DNA of 64,000 nt from Lepidodermella squamata (GCA_047495785.1 JBLDXI010000021.1:62001-126000); one strand, 5' to 3'. Positions 36,355 through 48,511 are shown, counted from the stretch's first letter. Notes: a model not told the origin generated them from the sequence alone. Numbers and translations are program-made.

Positions 36355-38710
36355 TTATTTTGTACATGATTGTGAAAGTTTGGAAAGTTTTGAGCTTGGA
36401 AACGAACATTCCGATAAATGCGCCTCTAGACTTCCGAGTTGGAAAAACACCTCGTCACACATTTTGCAGGAGAAATGCGGTTTTGGAAGCAATTTTTTCG
36501 GCTTCAATCCGTGTTCAGCAGCTTCGTGCATTGAGAGCACAACATCCGTTAGGAATTCCTCATCGCAAATTGCGCAACCGAAAAATTCGGACTGCAAAAT
36601 TTTATCCGTAGTTTTTGCGGCTCGCGGCTTGAGCCGGCGAGTCCTTATGTAACTAGCGCCATGCAAAACGCTTTCTTCTTCGAAAGCGACCTTCTCGCAA
36701 TCAGCGAGATGTTCATCGAAATCTTCCAGAGAAAACGACCACGCGCTACATTTCGGGCAAATAAACGCCCCAGATTCGTGACGAATCTCAATATGACTCA
36801 ATAAATGAGCGTCTGATCGCAGAATGGCGCTACAGCCTTTGAACTGGCATTTCACGGCATCACTCGATATTTTCTTCAACTGATGGTATTTCATTAAATG
36901 GCAGTCCAGTGCTTTCCGAGTGAGAAAATGAACGTCTTTCGGACAAATATCGCAATGAAACGTTGCGAAATTGTGACAGCTGTCCTCTCGATGCGACGCT
37001 AGCTCTTCGAAATCCTCGAATTCCATCTCGCAAATCGGGCAATTGAGTAAATCGATCTCAGATTCGAAATATTGTGCATCCACGCTTTTATCACCGTTAC
37101 ATTCGAAATCAATGTGGTCAGATAGACCAGCGATGTCTACAAACATTTCCGGGCACTTTGTGCAGATGAAAGCGGCCTTGCAATGCCATTGTTCTACATG
37201 GCATTCGAACGATCTTCTGGTACGACAAATCGACTCGCAGCCAGGTACAACGCAAATAAATTGCTGATCCGAACTTGAAGCGATGTGATTAGGATGAGCC
37301 GCTTTCATATGATCATCAAGTAGTGAATTCGAAGTCTTCGAGATGCCGCATAAACTGCAGATATAATTGTTGTAATCGTGACGTGTCCTCGTTTTATGCG
37401 CGCCAAGAGCTGGGAAAGTTGTGCGACGCACGAAGCACACTTTGCATACAAATAAATCTTTGATTGATCGCTCAACTTTAGATGGAGCGTTGCAAACATG
37501 GAGCGGTCCGTGAACGCCCAACGACTGTTCAAAACAATGTTTACAGACGAAAAGCGATCCTGGGTGCCACTCATTAGCATGAGAAACTAATTTCAAGCCA
37601 TGCGCGAAAATCGATTGACAGCCTTCAATGCGGCACACGATTTGAGGTAGACCTTTAACTGAAATATTTGAATGCTTCGAAATCACGTGTTCCATTAAGT
37701 CCTCTTCTTTCAACGCTACAAAAAGGCAGTCGTTTGAAGGACAGTGGTAAGATTTGTACTGATGACCCCACGCAACTCGATGAGCCTGGAACGATTTGAA
37801 ATTGTCGAAATTTTGAAGAGTATCCGTGAAAGACGAGTGGCAGATTTTGCAAAACATGTGAGGTTTGACTGGGGCGGTGATTGTACATGAGCTGCCAATA
37901 GCCCTAGGGTGGGCAACACACAAATGCCGCATGTAGATGTCGTGGGTTGGAAATTCAACCGGAAATGGGCATAAATGGCAGACAGGCTTCGTTTCCACTC
38001 GGATGAGCGGCTCTTCGCTTTCCAGTTTCGGCTCAACTGCGTAGCAATCATCATCACAGCTGCACGTGCACTCCTCCTTAATTTTAATATCTGTAGCCGG
38101 GTAACATCTGTGTGAGAAAAAAACAGTTTTAGGACCCTGACGAATTACGAATATTAATCTAGGATTCTAGCCCTTTATTAGAAGCTCCAGCACTAAATTT
38201 CCCCAAAATATGGTTTTTCAATATCGTACCGATTATGCCTATTTTGCGCTCAGTTCTCAAGCCTACTGAGTCGATATCGATTTTATAAATCAGTGATTTT
38301 TCCGATATTGCAAGTCTTGAAAGCGAACATAGAATAATTGTCTACGTACTAGGTGGCCTAAATAAAAGACCCTTGGAAGATGGGCAGTATCATTATCAAA
38401 AATAGCAGAAATCGAAAAATCGAAAAATTAGCGGTGAAAATATTTAGAACTTGAAAATCACCTGTTAGTTCTTGCCTCGGGCTCCACCACCACCGGCTCA
38501 GTTTTCCAAACAACAGAAGGGGTTTTTCTAAAAAAGCGGCAAAATACATACAGGCATTAATTGACTCAATTGAAAATTTACCGAGCTATTGGCACGAAAA
38601 CGAACGGCACGAACGACTGTGATGAGCCCGGAATGTTACTGAAATTAAAATTTACGTTTGCATTGAAATAAAATTGCGATAATTTACCTGCTCTTTCTCT
38701 TTGCTGCCAT
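36355..38710 (-). CDS. ZF10: family zinc-finger protein
   Basis: ATG 38710; 'PFVFVPIAR', 'WKTEPVVVE', 'IKIKEECTC'; signature VCHLCPFPVEFPTHDIYMRHLCVAHP. Confidence 0.86.
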
Positions 38711-38867
38711 TATTCCATGCCTAGGAAGTTAGCATTACAGACATCAACAATTAAAGATCTAAGAACAAAACGCTCGAATTATTGAAAATATTCAGATTTT
38801 TATTGAAAAAAACGTGATTAATAGACGTTGGTTAAAATGAAATAAAGAGAAGTCGAAGCACGGTCAA

Positions 38868-41800
38868 TCAAGCCGAGTCCCAAACCAGCAAGTTCTCAAT
38901 GTGAATCGGTTCTTCCTCGCCCGGCGCGCTGAGAGCCGCGAATGGGTCAGTTTCGACCGGGCAGTTATCCGGCCGATGGTACGCGGCGACGTGCGCGTCA
39001 AATTCGAGCCGGTTGTCGAAAACACTGGCGCAGGAATGGCACGGAAATTTGTAGATTCGCGTCGTCGGTCGCGGGACAGATTTGCCAATCGGGCGGTTTT
39101 TCGCACACGATTTTCGCGCCACGTGAGCTCGATAGGCCTGCCACCATTTGAAGCGCATTCCACAGGTATCGCACCTGAAAATTTTACAAAGCGCCCGGGT
39201 GCCGCGTTTCCGGCTATCCTGAGACCCAGGCAACTGGACGGAGTGGAAGTTCAACAGGTGTTTGCTCAGAATCTCTTTTTTCTTGAAAATGTTGCTGCAA
39301 ATCAAGCACCGATATTTGAAATCAGTCGGGTCGCACGGCTTCTTCTCGTGGTCTAGCAATTCGCTCTTCTTCCAGTAGTACTTGCCACAACGCGAACAAC
39401 GATATGAGCCTTTCGCGACCTTTGCACCATGAGCAGTTGTCGAGTGTTGTTTCAATAAATGCTTATTCGCAAAAACTTTCGAGCAAATTTCACAGCCATA
39501 GTCAAAGCCACAGCTTTTCTTGCAGTGATTCACCAAATGGGTGTTATTCGAGTAGCAACGGCCACATTTCGAACATTCAAACTCGGATTTCGCGTCTGAC
39601 GGTATCGGTTGACCCGGATGAGCGTCTCTCATGTGCTGCGACAGCTTATTCCGAATTTTGAAGACTTGCGAGCAAATTGAACAGTGAAATTTGTAATCAT
39701 CAGGATTGCACGGCTTCTCGCAATGGCGCAGTAATTGCGTTTCATACGAGAAAATTTTGCCGCAGATATTACACGGAAATCGAGCGCCTGTTTCGACCAT
39801 CGAATGGCGCTTATCCATATGCATGACAAGGGCAGTGTTGCTCTTGAAAACGTTTGAGCAAACCTTGCAAGTGAAATTGTAGTCAGATCTCGAGCAAGGG
39901 AATCGTCGATGTAAATTGAGCTGTTTCCGCTGGCCGAACGATTTCCCGCAATTTCTCGGGCATTCGTAACGCTGAACGCCGGAATGTTTGTCCAAATGTT
40001 CGTTATACGTTGTATAAGTGCTGAAAACTTTGCCGCAAAGTGGGCAAGTCTTGAGGCGCTTTGGAGCCGCAATTGGCTTAATGCCAATATGTGACAACTC
40101 GTGATTTCGCATCGAAAATCGACTCGCTAAAGAGTGATTGCAAATCCGACAGACACAAACTGGTGCACCATCCAATTTCGCGATAAACGGTTTCCATTTG
40201 TTCTCCTGTAAAAACGATTCGGTCACCTCAGCGATATCATAATTCTCCGGGTGGGAAATGTAGCGATGATGCAGAAACAAGACCGGATCAGTAAATTCGT
40301 TAGCATCCGTGCAGAATTCGCAAAGGAATTTGTTTATTACAATAGGCTTCTCCGTCGCTAGTTTCCGCGGCTTTCGCAAATCTTCTGCACGATTGGATCT
40401 CGAAGGGCCAGGGCACGACGATTTCATGTGAACAGCTAGACCTTTCTTCAATCGAAACATCGAGTAGCAAATATTACATGCAAAGGCTGATTTTTTGTGC
40501 CACTTCGCCACGTGCAGGCAAAGCGCTTTCCCATTTCGGAAAACCGCTCTACATCCGTCAACAATGCATATGTGCTGAACTTTAGAAGGTACAGGTTTTG
40601 TGTCAGCATGGTAAGTTGCCATGTGTCGATCCAACTCAGCCTCGGAGAGTGCCATGTCCCAACAAACTTCACAAAATTGGCATGCATAGTTATGCTTCCG
40701 CTCAATTTGATGAGCATGCAACGCTTCGAAAGAGTTAAAAAGATGCCCGCATATTTTACATTCCAACATATTTATGTTCACAACCCGTTGCCGGCGATAT
40801 TGCTGTGGCGCGGTTGACGACATTTGCATAGCAGGTCGCTCCACAACAATTCCATGGCCTCCGTGCCACTTTTTCGCGTGAGCAACTAGCTGATCATTCC
40901 GACGGAAAACAAATCCGCAGCCCTCAAAGGCACAAGGAAACCTATCCGGGCTCGATACTTGCTCATGCGAAGTGGCAATGTGGTAATCAAGGTCAGGGTC
41001 ATGAATGGCGATGAATGAGCAAAATTCGCATTGAAACGACGAATACAAGTGTTTAGCTTGAACACGATGAGATTGAAATGCTTCGAATGAGCTACGTGAA
41101 ACGAGGCACATTTTACACACGAGCCAGTGGGCAGTCGATGAAATTTCATTGCTGGGCAGTTGCCTTGATGGGATGGAGACGGTATTTGGGGCTAGCCCAG
41201 ATCGATCAATCACCACTACACCTTGCGCTCTGTAAGGCTGTGGATTGAACGGATGTGCCGTATCCATATGTCTAGCATAACTGTCTTCGTCGGGAAATTC
41301 AATGAGAAAAGGACAGCTTTCGCAAACATAGCAACCGGTAACATTTGATTGCTTCGATGAGGATGGCTGATTTTCACTTGAAAAATATCACCACAGATGA
41401 ATGCCAGTCAATTTATAATAAACAACCTACCTCGAGCTGGAAATCATCCCGTTTTGAAGCGCATTCGACTTGCGTTTGCCATCTGAGTCCGGGCTGTCAC
41501 AGATATACTTGCAATTGAATTTCGCAAATCACCAACACCTTACCCTGCAGACTGCACCAAGTGAGCATTGCCCCCAACAACGATTACAGAACTACCAGTA
41601 TCGACTGCTTCTTGCTGGAGTTTACTGAGATAGTAAATGACTCGGGTGAATATAACCAGTAGCATTAGCAATTTCTTACGCTTCGTTCAGGACAGCATCA
41701 ACGTCTTCACACAACACTAAAACCGTCAACCATTTAGTGTAAGACGGCGGCAGATTTGCACTTCGGACGATCCGCTCCCTTTGATGTTCAGATAAAGCAA

Positions 41801-41930
41801 AATAACGGAAATGTAGATATTTGGCTTTGAAGTCCTTCTGAGAAGTGCAGTTGAGCAGCTGGCAAGCTTCCTTTACACTGTAATACTCCTTTCCATCGTC
41901 CTCCAACAGAATTCTTCTAATAGGTGGCAT
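38868..41930 (-). CDS. ZF11: winged-helix-like N-terminal domain + ~20-finger zinc-finger protein; 5'-most family member
   Basis: Exon 1 41930-41680 'LLEDDGKEYYSVKE...CEDVDAVL'; three phase-2 introns; signature YVCESCPFLIEFPDEDSYARHMDTAHP; ORF 38868-41267. Confidence 0.88.
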
Positions 41931-42781
41931 CAACCAAGTGATAAATATCTATATGAAACCTAAGATTTTAATTCAAGTCGATGAAAATCAAGAGGTACTA
42001 AATGTACGATATGATACGATAAGAATGCTATGCTAGAAAATGAAAAGCATAAACGACGTACACCGTATAACATTTATCTTTGGAAATCCAGTAAAAAAAA
42101 GACTAATGCAAATTTTTAAAATGGGAAAATTCTGATCACGTGTTAACCTAGCATGAACAAAAAGTGTAATTAAAATCTAAAATTGCCTTAGCTGACCACG
42201 AACTCAAAATATTTGACATGAGCAGAACGATCGGCGACTGTAGGTTAGAAAGAACAGACACACCTTTACGCCCTTCGACCAAACATAGACGTCAGAAAGA
42301 GGCCATTAGCGAACCGGTGTCGCGAGTCACATCTAAGATTTACTACCGCAGGATTTGAGGCCGGAGGCAGCCAGCCAAAAACCGCACCTGTCAACAAAAA
42401 ATTGTACCGCGGAAACCAATGAAAAGCCCGTTCAAAAAAATTCGCTCGGGCGCGAGATTTTGCCAGATATTGCATATTTATACTAAAAATAATATCTTTG
42501 CAAAGAAAATATATATTCATGGAAATATTGTGATATTTTGTAAGCAACTGTACTAGTTTGCCGCATGAGAAAAATTTGAATAATTTTCCTCTTTTTTTCT
42601 CGAGTTTTGGGTTTCAGGGTTTCAGGCATCACGAGAAACGGTCAAAGCGCTCAGCGTGACTTGGATCATGGTCATTATTCTAGCATTTTGACTCAGTGGA
42701 TATCCACAATCCACGAATTACCATAATCATCGAATTAAAGACCACGATGATGCCGATGTGCCGATGCCGATGATGCCCGTG

Positions 42782-42860
42782 CGTCCCATGGCATGTGGTC
42801 TCAAGGTGTTTGAGCTTTCATCAAGTCAACGGGCTTGCCTGGTTCAAACCGCAAAGAGTC
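42782..42860 (+). other. tRNA-like sequence (Pol III A/B boxes), possible SINE head or tRNA pseudogene
   Basis: A-box-like TGGCATGTGG followed by TCTCAAGG, stem TTGA...TCAA, B-box GGTTCAAACC; no intact acceptor stem. Confidence 0.35.
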
Positions 42861-42907
42861 GAAGATTTATTAAGCCTCATTAGCCCCTTTTCTCGATCAT
42901 CCAAAAA

Positions 42908-43650
42908 ATGGATCGAGCTGCTATTTCACCGAAAATCACCGACCTTGCTCTTTTAAAACGGCTGCTTGACTGCGAGATGGCATACTAATTGAAGACTGGC
43001 TTGCTAGAAGCGCTGAACGAGGTAGTGCCATTCCTTGTCAATAAACCGGACACAAAGAATAGCAATCGCCGTATGAAAATTGACCAAAGTCTGTTTAGAC
43101 ACCAGCGCCTGAGACTACGTCGGAAAGAACGAAGTGACAAATGATATCCAAAGCGAATATCTGGTGCTGGAAGTGATCTGCGGAAAATCTGGCGTCTTAT
43201 CGGAGTTTTCGGGCTCTCGCCTTAAAATGGCGGTCAGCATTTTGTGATGTTGGAAAGGAAGAGACTGCTGAAAATGCTTTTTCATGAGATGCTGAAGCTA
43301 ATCTCAACTTTATCACACGCTCGACATTAGAAAAACCCACCGCCTTTGATGGCATTCCGTAAAATATCGTAGGCTAGCGCCCGCTGCACTGGGGCCCGAC
43401 GGACAATGGCCTTCCTGCAACATACGTTTACTACCCGAGCGCGGTCAAAAGTAGACAAGAATTCGCATCAGGAAACCGATGATAAACATTATACCAAGCA
43501 ATTTCTTGCGTGGACATCTTTCATTCGAGAATCGGTTAGGAAACGTACGTATATTGTGAAGGCCCAAGTCCGTCGGCACGAGTGAGGCGAGCGCTAGCGC
43601 TTAACAAAGCACTGGTTCCCATTGTTCTCCGTCGTCCTGGGGCCAACCCC
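42908..43650 (+). mobile_element. Decayed LINE (CR1/L2-like) ORF2 remnant, linker to start of reverse transcriptase
   Basis: 'EMAY*LKTGLLEALNEVVP...K*YPKRISGAGSDLRKIWRLI' (pre-RT linker pattern) and 'ALGPDG' at ~43386-43403 (the K(A/S)PGPDG RT-N motif); multiple stops/frameshifts. Confidence 0.5.
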
Positions 43651-44358
43651 TCGCAGGCCAACACCTGTTCGGTCAAATTTATAGTAAGCGTTGCATGTTG
43701 GGCACGTTTTAGAGCAGTCCGAGCGCATTTACAACTTCACTACAACTCATTTACAGTAAAATTATCATTGATTGATCATTGCACTTGTCCTATGCCTATA
43801 TAACCTGCCCTCTTTCCAATTTTAAATTGTCGAGCCGCCCTGTCCCTGTTAGCGAGCAGCGAGCACACTAGAGAGACTTCCATTGTAGGGTTTTTCTATT
43901 TTCGAATCACATCGATGATTTGACTGCAACAAAACGGACGGTTAACCTTATCAACGCAACTAGTAAAACACAGTTGATCAAAAAAGTCGAAAGGATCATT
44001 TATTTTGAATTACAGCATCAGGCGATAAATCATCAAAGGCTTCCAATTTATAGCCAAAAGCGATTTACACATCACTACCGTGGTAAGAAAACGTAGCGAA
44101 TTAGAAGGATGCCTTCATCTTTTCAGAAAAATTCAATTGCAAGGCCGAAGAGGATAAAGTGTAAATAACTTTTACATAGAGAAACGTTTCAAACTCAACA
44201 GCGTTACCCATCAGTAGATAACAAGCTTCGAACAAGCAGAATTATCAGCAACAGCATGACGCTTTACGTAGAACATGGAATGTTAAAAAAGTGCGAAAAC
44301 AAGCGCAGAGCAATAAAATAGAGGTTGGAAATCAGCGGCTGACGGAATGAAGGCGAGG

Positions 44359-47049
44359 TCAAGACACTTTTTCGACGAAGCGAAGCTCGGTGACAGCATT
44401 TTCATCCTCCGGGCACATGACTACTTGCTCGGACATGGCAGAGATCGTCTGGGAACCATCATTTGCATCCGCCTTATCAGCAGTTTCAGCGTCCGACGCC
44501 GTGTTTTCGCCCTCGTCGATTTGCAGCGGAACATCGTCGTCATCACTGTCGAATTCCTCGTCCAAACGACTGCGCTCCACGTCCGAATTTTCCTCTGCTT
44601 CGTTATTATGATCTTCATCCTCTTCATTATCAGCAGCCGTTTCCGTCGATTTCCCACTCTGCCACTTCATATTTCGCACCATATTTTTGTCATGCTCCGG
44701 ATGACCCCTTTGAATGTGCATGCGAAGCGCCTGCTCGTTCTTCAAGGCCTTATTGCAGTAGTCGCAGATCAGTTCTTCCTGATTGACATCCATAACTTCG
44801 GCCTCGTCCGGGTGCTTCGCCACTTTATGTCTGTTTAGCGTTTGCCTCGTTTTAAACATCTCGAAACAGATGTCACACGCGAATTGCAACGCGGTCGGCT
44901 CGGTATCGTGGCTTTTTCGATGCGCAAACAATGCCGATCTGAATGTATAATTCTGCAACAAAAAAGCCAATTAAATTCTGAAAAAATCCATGAAAAATAG
45001 CCCACCTTATCACACATGTCACATTGATGCCGCCGAATGCCATTATGCATGTCTTCATGGTCGTGCAGCTCAGTCGAGTGCCGGCAAACTTTCCCGCAGT
45101 ATTTGCACACGTACGACTGCGGCTGGTCCGACCGTTTTCGACCCCGTTTCTGCGAGGCAGGAGCCGCTGCCGAATTGTCATCGTCATGATTCTCCCGGGC
45201 TGAAGACGACGATGGGGTAGGATGCTCGGCGTTGTTACTATTATTCATAGATTTAACCGGACTGGACGTTCGATTTTGGCTGACATTTTGCTGTAGCGGC
45301 GATTTCGCCATCGATTCGTTCAAATCAGATGAATTATTAAGGTGGTCGTCAACTTCATCACCGCTTTGGTTCGACCTCTCGACCTCTTCATCCTTCGACG
45401 CGGCAACCACCTGCTTTTTCGGTTTTCGACCCGGAGGCTTTGAGCCCTCACCAGGGGCTCTCCGTTTTCGATGTTTCGCCACCTTGTGTTGCTGCAGGAA
45501 GCGTTTCAGGGTGAACGTAGCCGAGCACTCGTCGCAATTGAACTGCGTCGTGTGGGTTCGGGTGACATGAGCCTGCAAAAATCGCGGATCGTAGAAGCAA
45601 GCGCCGCAAATTTCACACATGTGCGACTTCGCGGCCGGGTCCGACGAGCCGCAAAACTGCTGGTGCCGAAGAAGGGTGCGCTTCAGCGGGAACCTCGCCG
45701 AACAACTCGAGCACTGAAACGGTTTCTTTGCCATTTCAGCTTCTTCTCTCGCTTCCTGTTCCGCTGATGCCGAGCCAGATTTTGCACAATGCACCAATTG
45801 AAGATGAGATTGGAAGCGGTCTTTTGAAACTCGCCGGTTACACAGCGGGCAAACTTCGATATTCGACCCGTAGTCGTGCTCAGACCCGGCACTTGGGCTG
45901 GTTTTATCGCATTCTGGCGCCACAGTTTCGTCGGCTTCCGGCGATGATTTCGGTGCGATTTTGACTGGCGTGTATTTGGGCTTTGCTACCAATTTCAGCG
46001 ACTGGTCTTGCACATCCTTGGCGTTGGAGCTAGAGCCGTGATTCATCGCAACGTGAATAGCCAGTCGGTGAGATTCTACGATTTTCTTGCAAGCTGAGCA
46101 AATAGTATAGTCGACAGTTTTTGCTTGTTTTACTGGCGGTTCTTTCGGAGCGCCGACAAATTTGTGCAGCGACGAATTTAGTTGCAATTTCGTCGCTTCA
46201 GTGTTCAAATTTGTAGGAGCCTAAAATAGGATAAAAAAATATTATTTAAAAAATGATTAACAAGTTGTTTCAGTCGTTTCGAGAAAAACCAGCAAGCATC
46301 GTACAATACAAAACTATTCCCTACTGGGGTCAATTTCCGAAAAGTGATTGCTCATTCATTTGGAGAGATCGACACATTTTTTAATTTTTTGTTTAATTTT
46401 TAGTATTTTTATAAGCTCGTTAATGTTATCTCTAAAAATTTGAGTAATTTTATGCGAAAATTAACCGCCGCAGCGGTAATTTCCATTTTAAGGAGGAATT
46501 TAAAAAATCCGTAAAAAATGAGCGATTTAAATAATATCTATGTGAAATAATTCCTTACCGGTGAGCTTTTTTGAGGCGTTAACCTCATTATCTTCGGCGA
46601 TGAAGCCATCGATTTTTGAGCAGTCATTTCGATTTTTTCACTCTTCACACCAGACACAGCGACCGGACTCAGGGTCAGACTGGTCGAGTTCGGAAAGACG
46701 ATTATCGGCGCAACGTGGCCCATAGCACCCGAGGAAACCTGGGCCGCCGATACAACAACAGGGGCTGGGGCCGAAGCCGGGCCTGAGGGGTCTTTTATCG
46801 GAATCTGATTGACGAGGCTAGGCCGTTTGATTATTTTCAGAGTCGCCACAGGAGGCGATTGTTTTGGGTCAAATGGTTTCGCTTGAACTCGAACTGCAAT
46901 CGTTGGAATTCCTGATCCGTTTCGATGCGAGCCGGCGACAGGCGACCATTTCATTCCTTGCAGCGTTCTACAAAATAAAATAGAATAAAATTTCGAAAAA
47001 TAATAAAATTATTAATCCAACATTTTTGCCGTCCCGATAGTTGTGCCAT
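44359..47049 (-). CDS. ZF12: multi-C2H2 zinc-finger protein (distinct from the ZF1-11 family); start at 47049 (via weak GC-AG intron) or 46954
   Basis: ORFs 46538-46954, 44835-46208 and 44359-44970 join through phase-0 GT-AG introns; about 9 fingers; 'VKSE', 'PGRKPK', 'KRGRKR'. Confidence 0.8.
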
Positions 47050-47295
47050 TATTCGGTAAATAGCTAGGATTCAAACGGGTATCATTTGCTTTCTGTTTCG
47101 TTTGCGCTTCTTCCACCTCGCGGAGAGAAGGGTCCAAATCGCCCATGAAAGATTTTTATCGAATCATCAAAAATTAATTCTATCTATCTAAAATCAAATA
47201 AATGAAAATTAGAAATTACCCAGTAAAATTGTATAAATTGTATAATCATATTCAGCCATTCAGATCAATATTTCAGTATAAAAATGTAAATAGCA

Positions 47296-48382
47296 TCAAT
47301 GTTGTGAATTGTGCGATCCCACGTGCATCCAAAAGTTGAATACAGAACAAAACGAAGATCCGCAAATGCGACACATCTTCGAAAATAATGGCTTCTTCCG
47401 ATGGAAAAAAGATCTATGATCGTATAAAGATAGATACGTTGAAAAATGTTTGTTTCTTCTGCATTTCAGGCAACGCAATTTTTCATTGGAAGTTCTTTTA
47501 ATGAGGTAATTTGAATGCTTTCTAGATCCATTGGATTCGACCTTCTGATTCTGCAAAAAAATTATAAAATTATTTCATTTAAAAAATAAAGTCAATATCA
47601 AACCTTCAATTCATTGGCGACTTTCGCTGACAAGTTGAGAGCCTCGGTACTGGAATGTTCTTCATAGCTGGACTTGCCTTGGCATTGAGCCAAATGCCTC
47701 TGAAGCCGGTCTTTCTGCCACAAAATTTTCCCGCAAAACTCGCAGACACAACGACCCGGCTTGGGCCCTAGGACTCGACAATGATGCATCCGGTGCCACT
47801 TCATATTTTGCCGCCTCTAAACGAAAAAAATTGAAGAAAATCGAATAAAATACAAAAAAATCAAACATTGAAAACTTTTCCACAGTCGGGACATTCAATT
47901 TCTTTCAAATTTTGAGATTTTGAGCAACCTTTGTAGCTGAAAGAATTAGGCATCTGTGGCGGATAAGAAGCTGAACTGGACTGATGAACAAGCGCCAGGT
48001 GTTTTTCAAGGCGAGGCTTTTGCCATAATGTTTTGCCACACAATTGGCAGACGTATAAACCGCACTTGTTGCTTGATTTGGGACAGTGATGCGCTCGATG
48101 ACTCACCAAGCTGTGCCGTCTTTTGAATTGTTTCTGGCAATCAGGGCAGCAATAACTTTCAGCTGGCCGAGTTTCCACCTCATGTTCACTCGTGAGCTGG
48201 AAGAAATGAGAATGTCTAGTTTATGATAGCCAAAGTTTTAGCTGAAAGTGACTCACCAAATAAGCTGGATCATAACTTTGCTCAGAAGCGAAGAAATTGG
48301 ATGCATTTGGTGCGAGGATAACATTCTTGAAAGATTCGGAGTAGGCAGATTGGAATGTTCGACTGTAAAAGTTATTTTCCAT
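47296..48382 (-). CDS. ZF13: small C2H2/C2HC zinc-finger protein, 4 exons
   Basis: ATG 48382; duplicated CPDC..F...H..HHC + CxxCGKxLWQKxRLxxHL units; phase-0 introns; CtBP-like 'ALNLS'. Confidence 0.78.
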
Positions 48383-48511
48383 GATAAAAACCTAGTGAAC
48401 ACAAAAATGACAAAGTTATATATGAAACAGCAACAACAAGTGAAGAATTTATTGCAAAAATGCATCAGGTAAAAAGTATACTCTTCTGATAAAATACATT
48501 AAAAACAATGA

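Noticed and set aside
46968-47029. GC-AG first intron of ZF12
   Set aside because: In frame but the donor (G|GCAAAA) is weak; an ATG at 46954 after an unpaired acceptor is equally plausible, so not claimed as a finding
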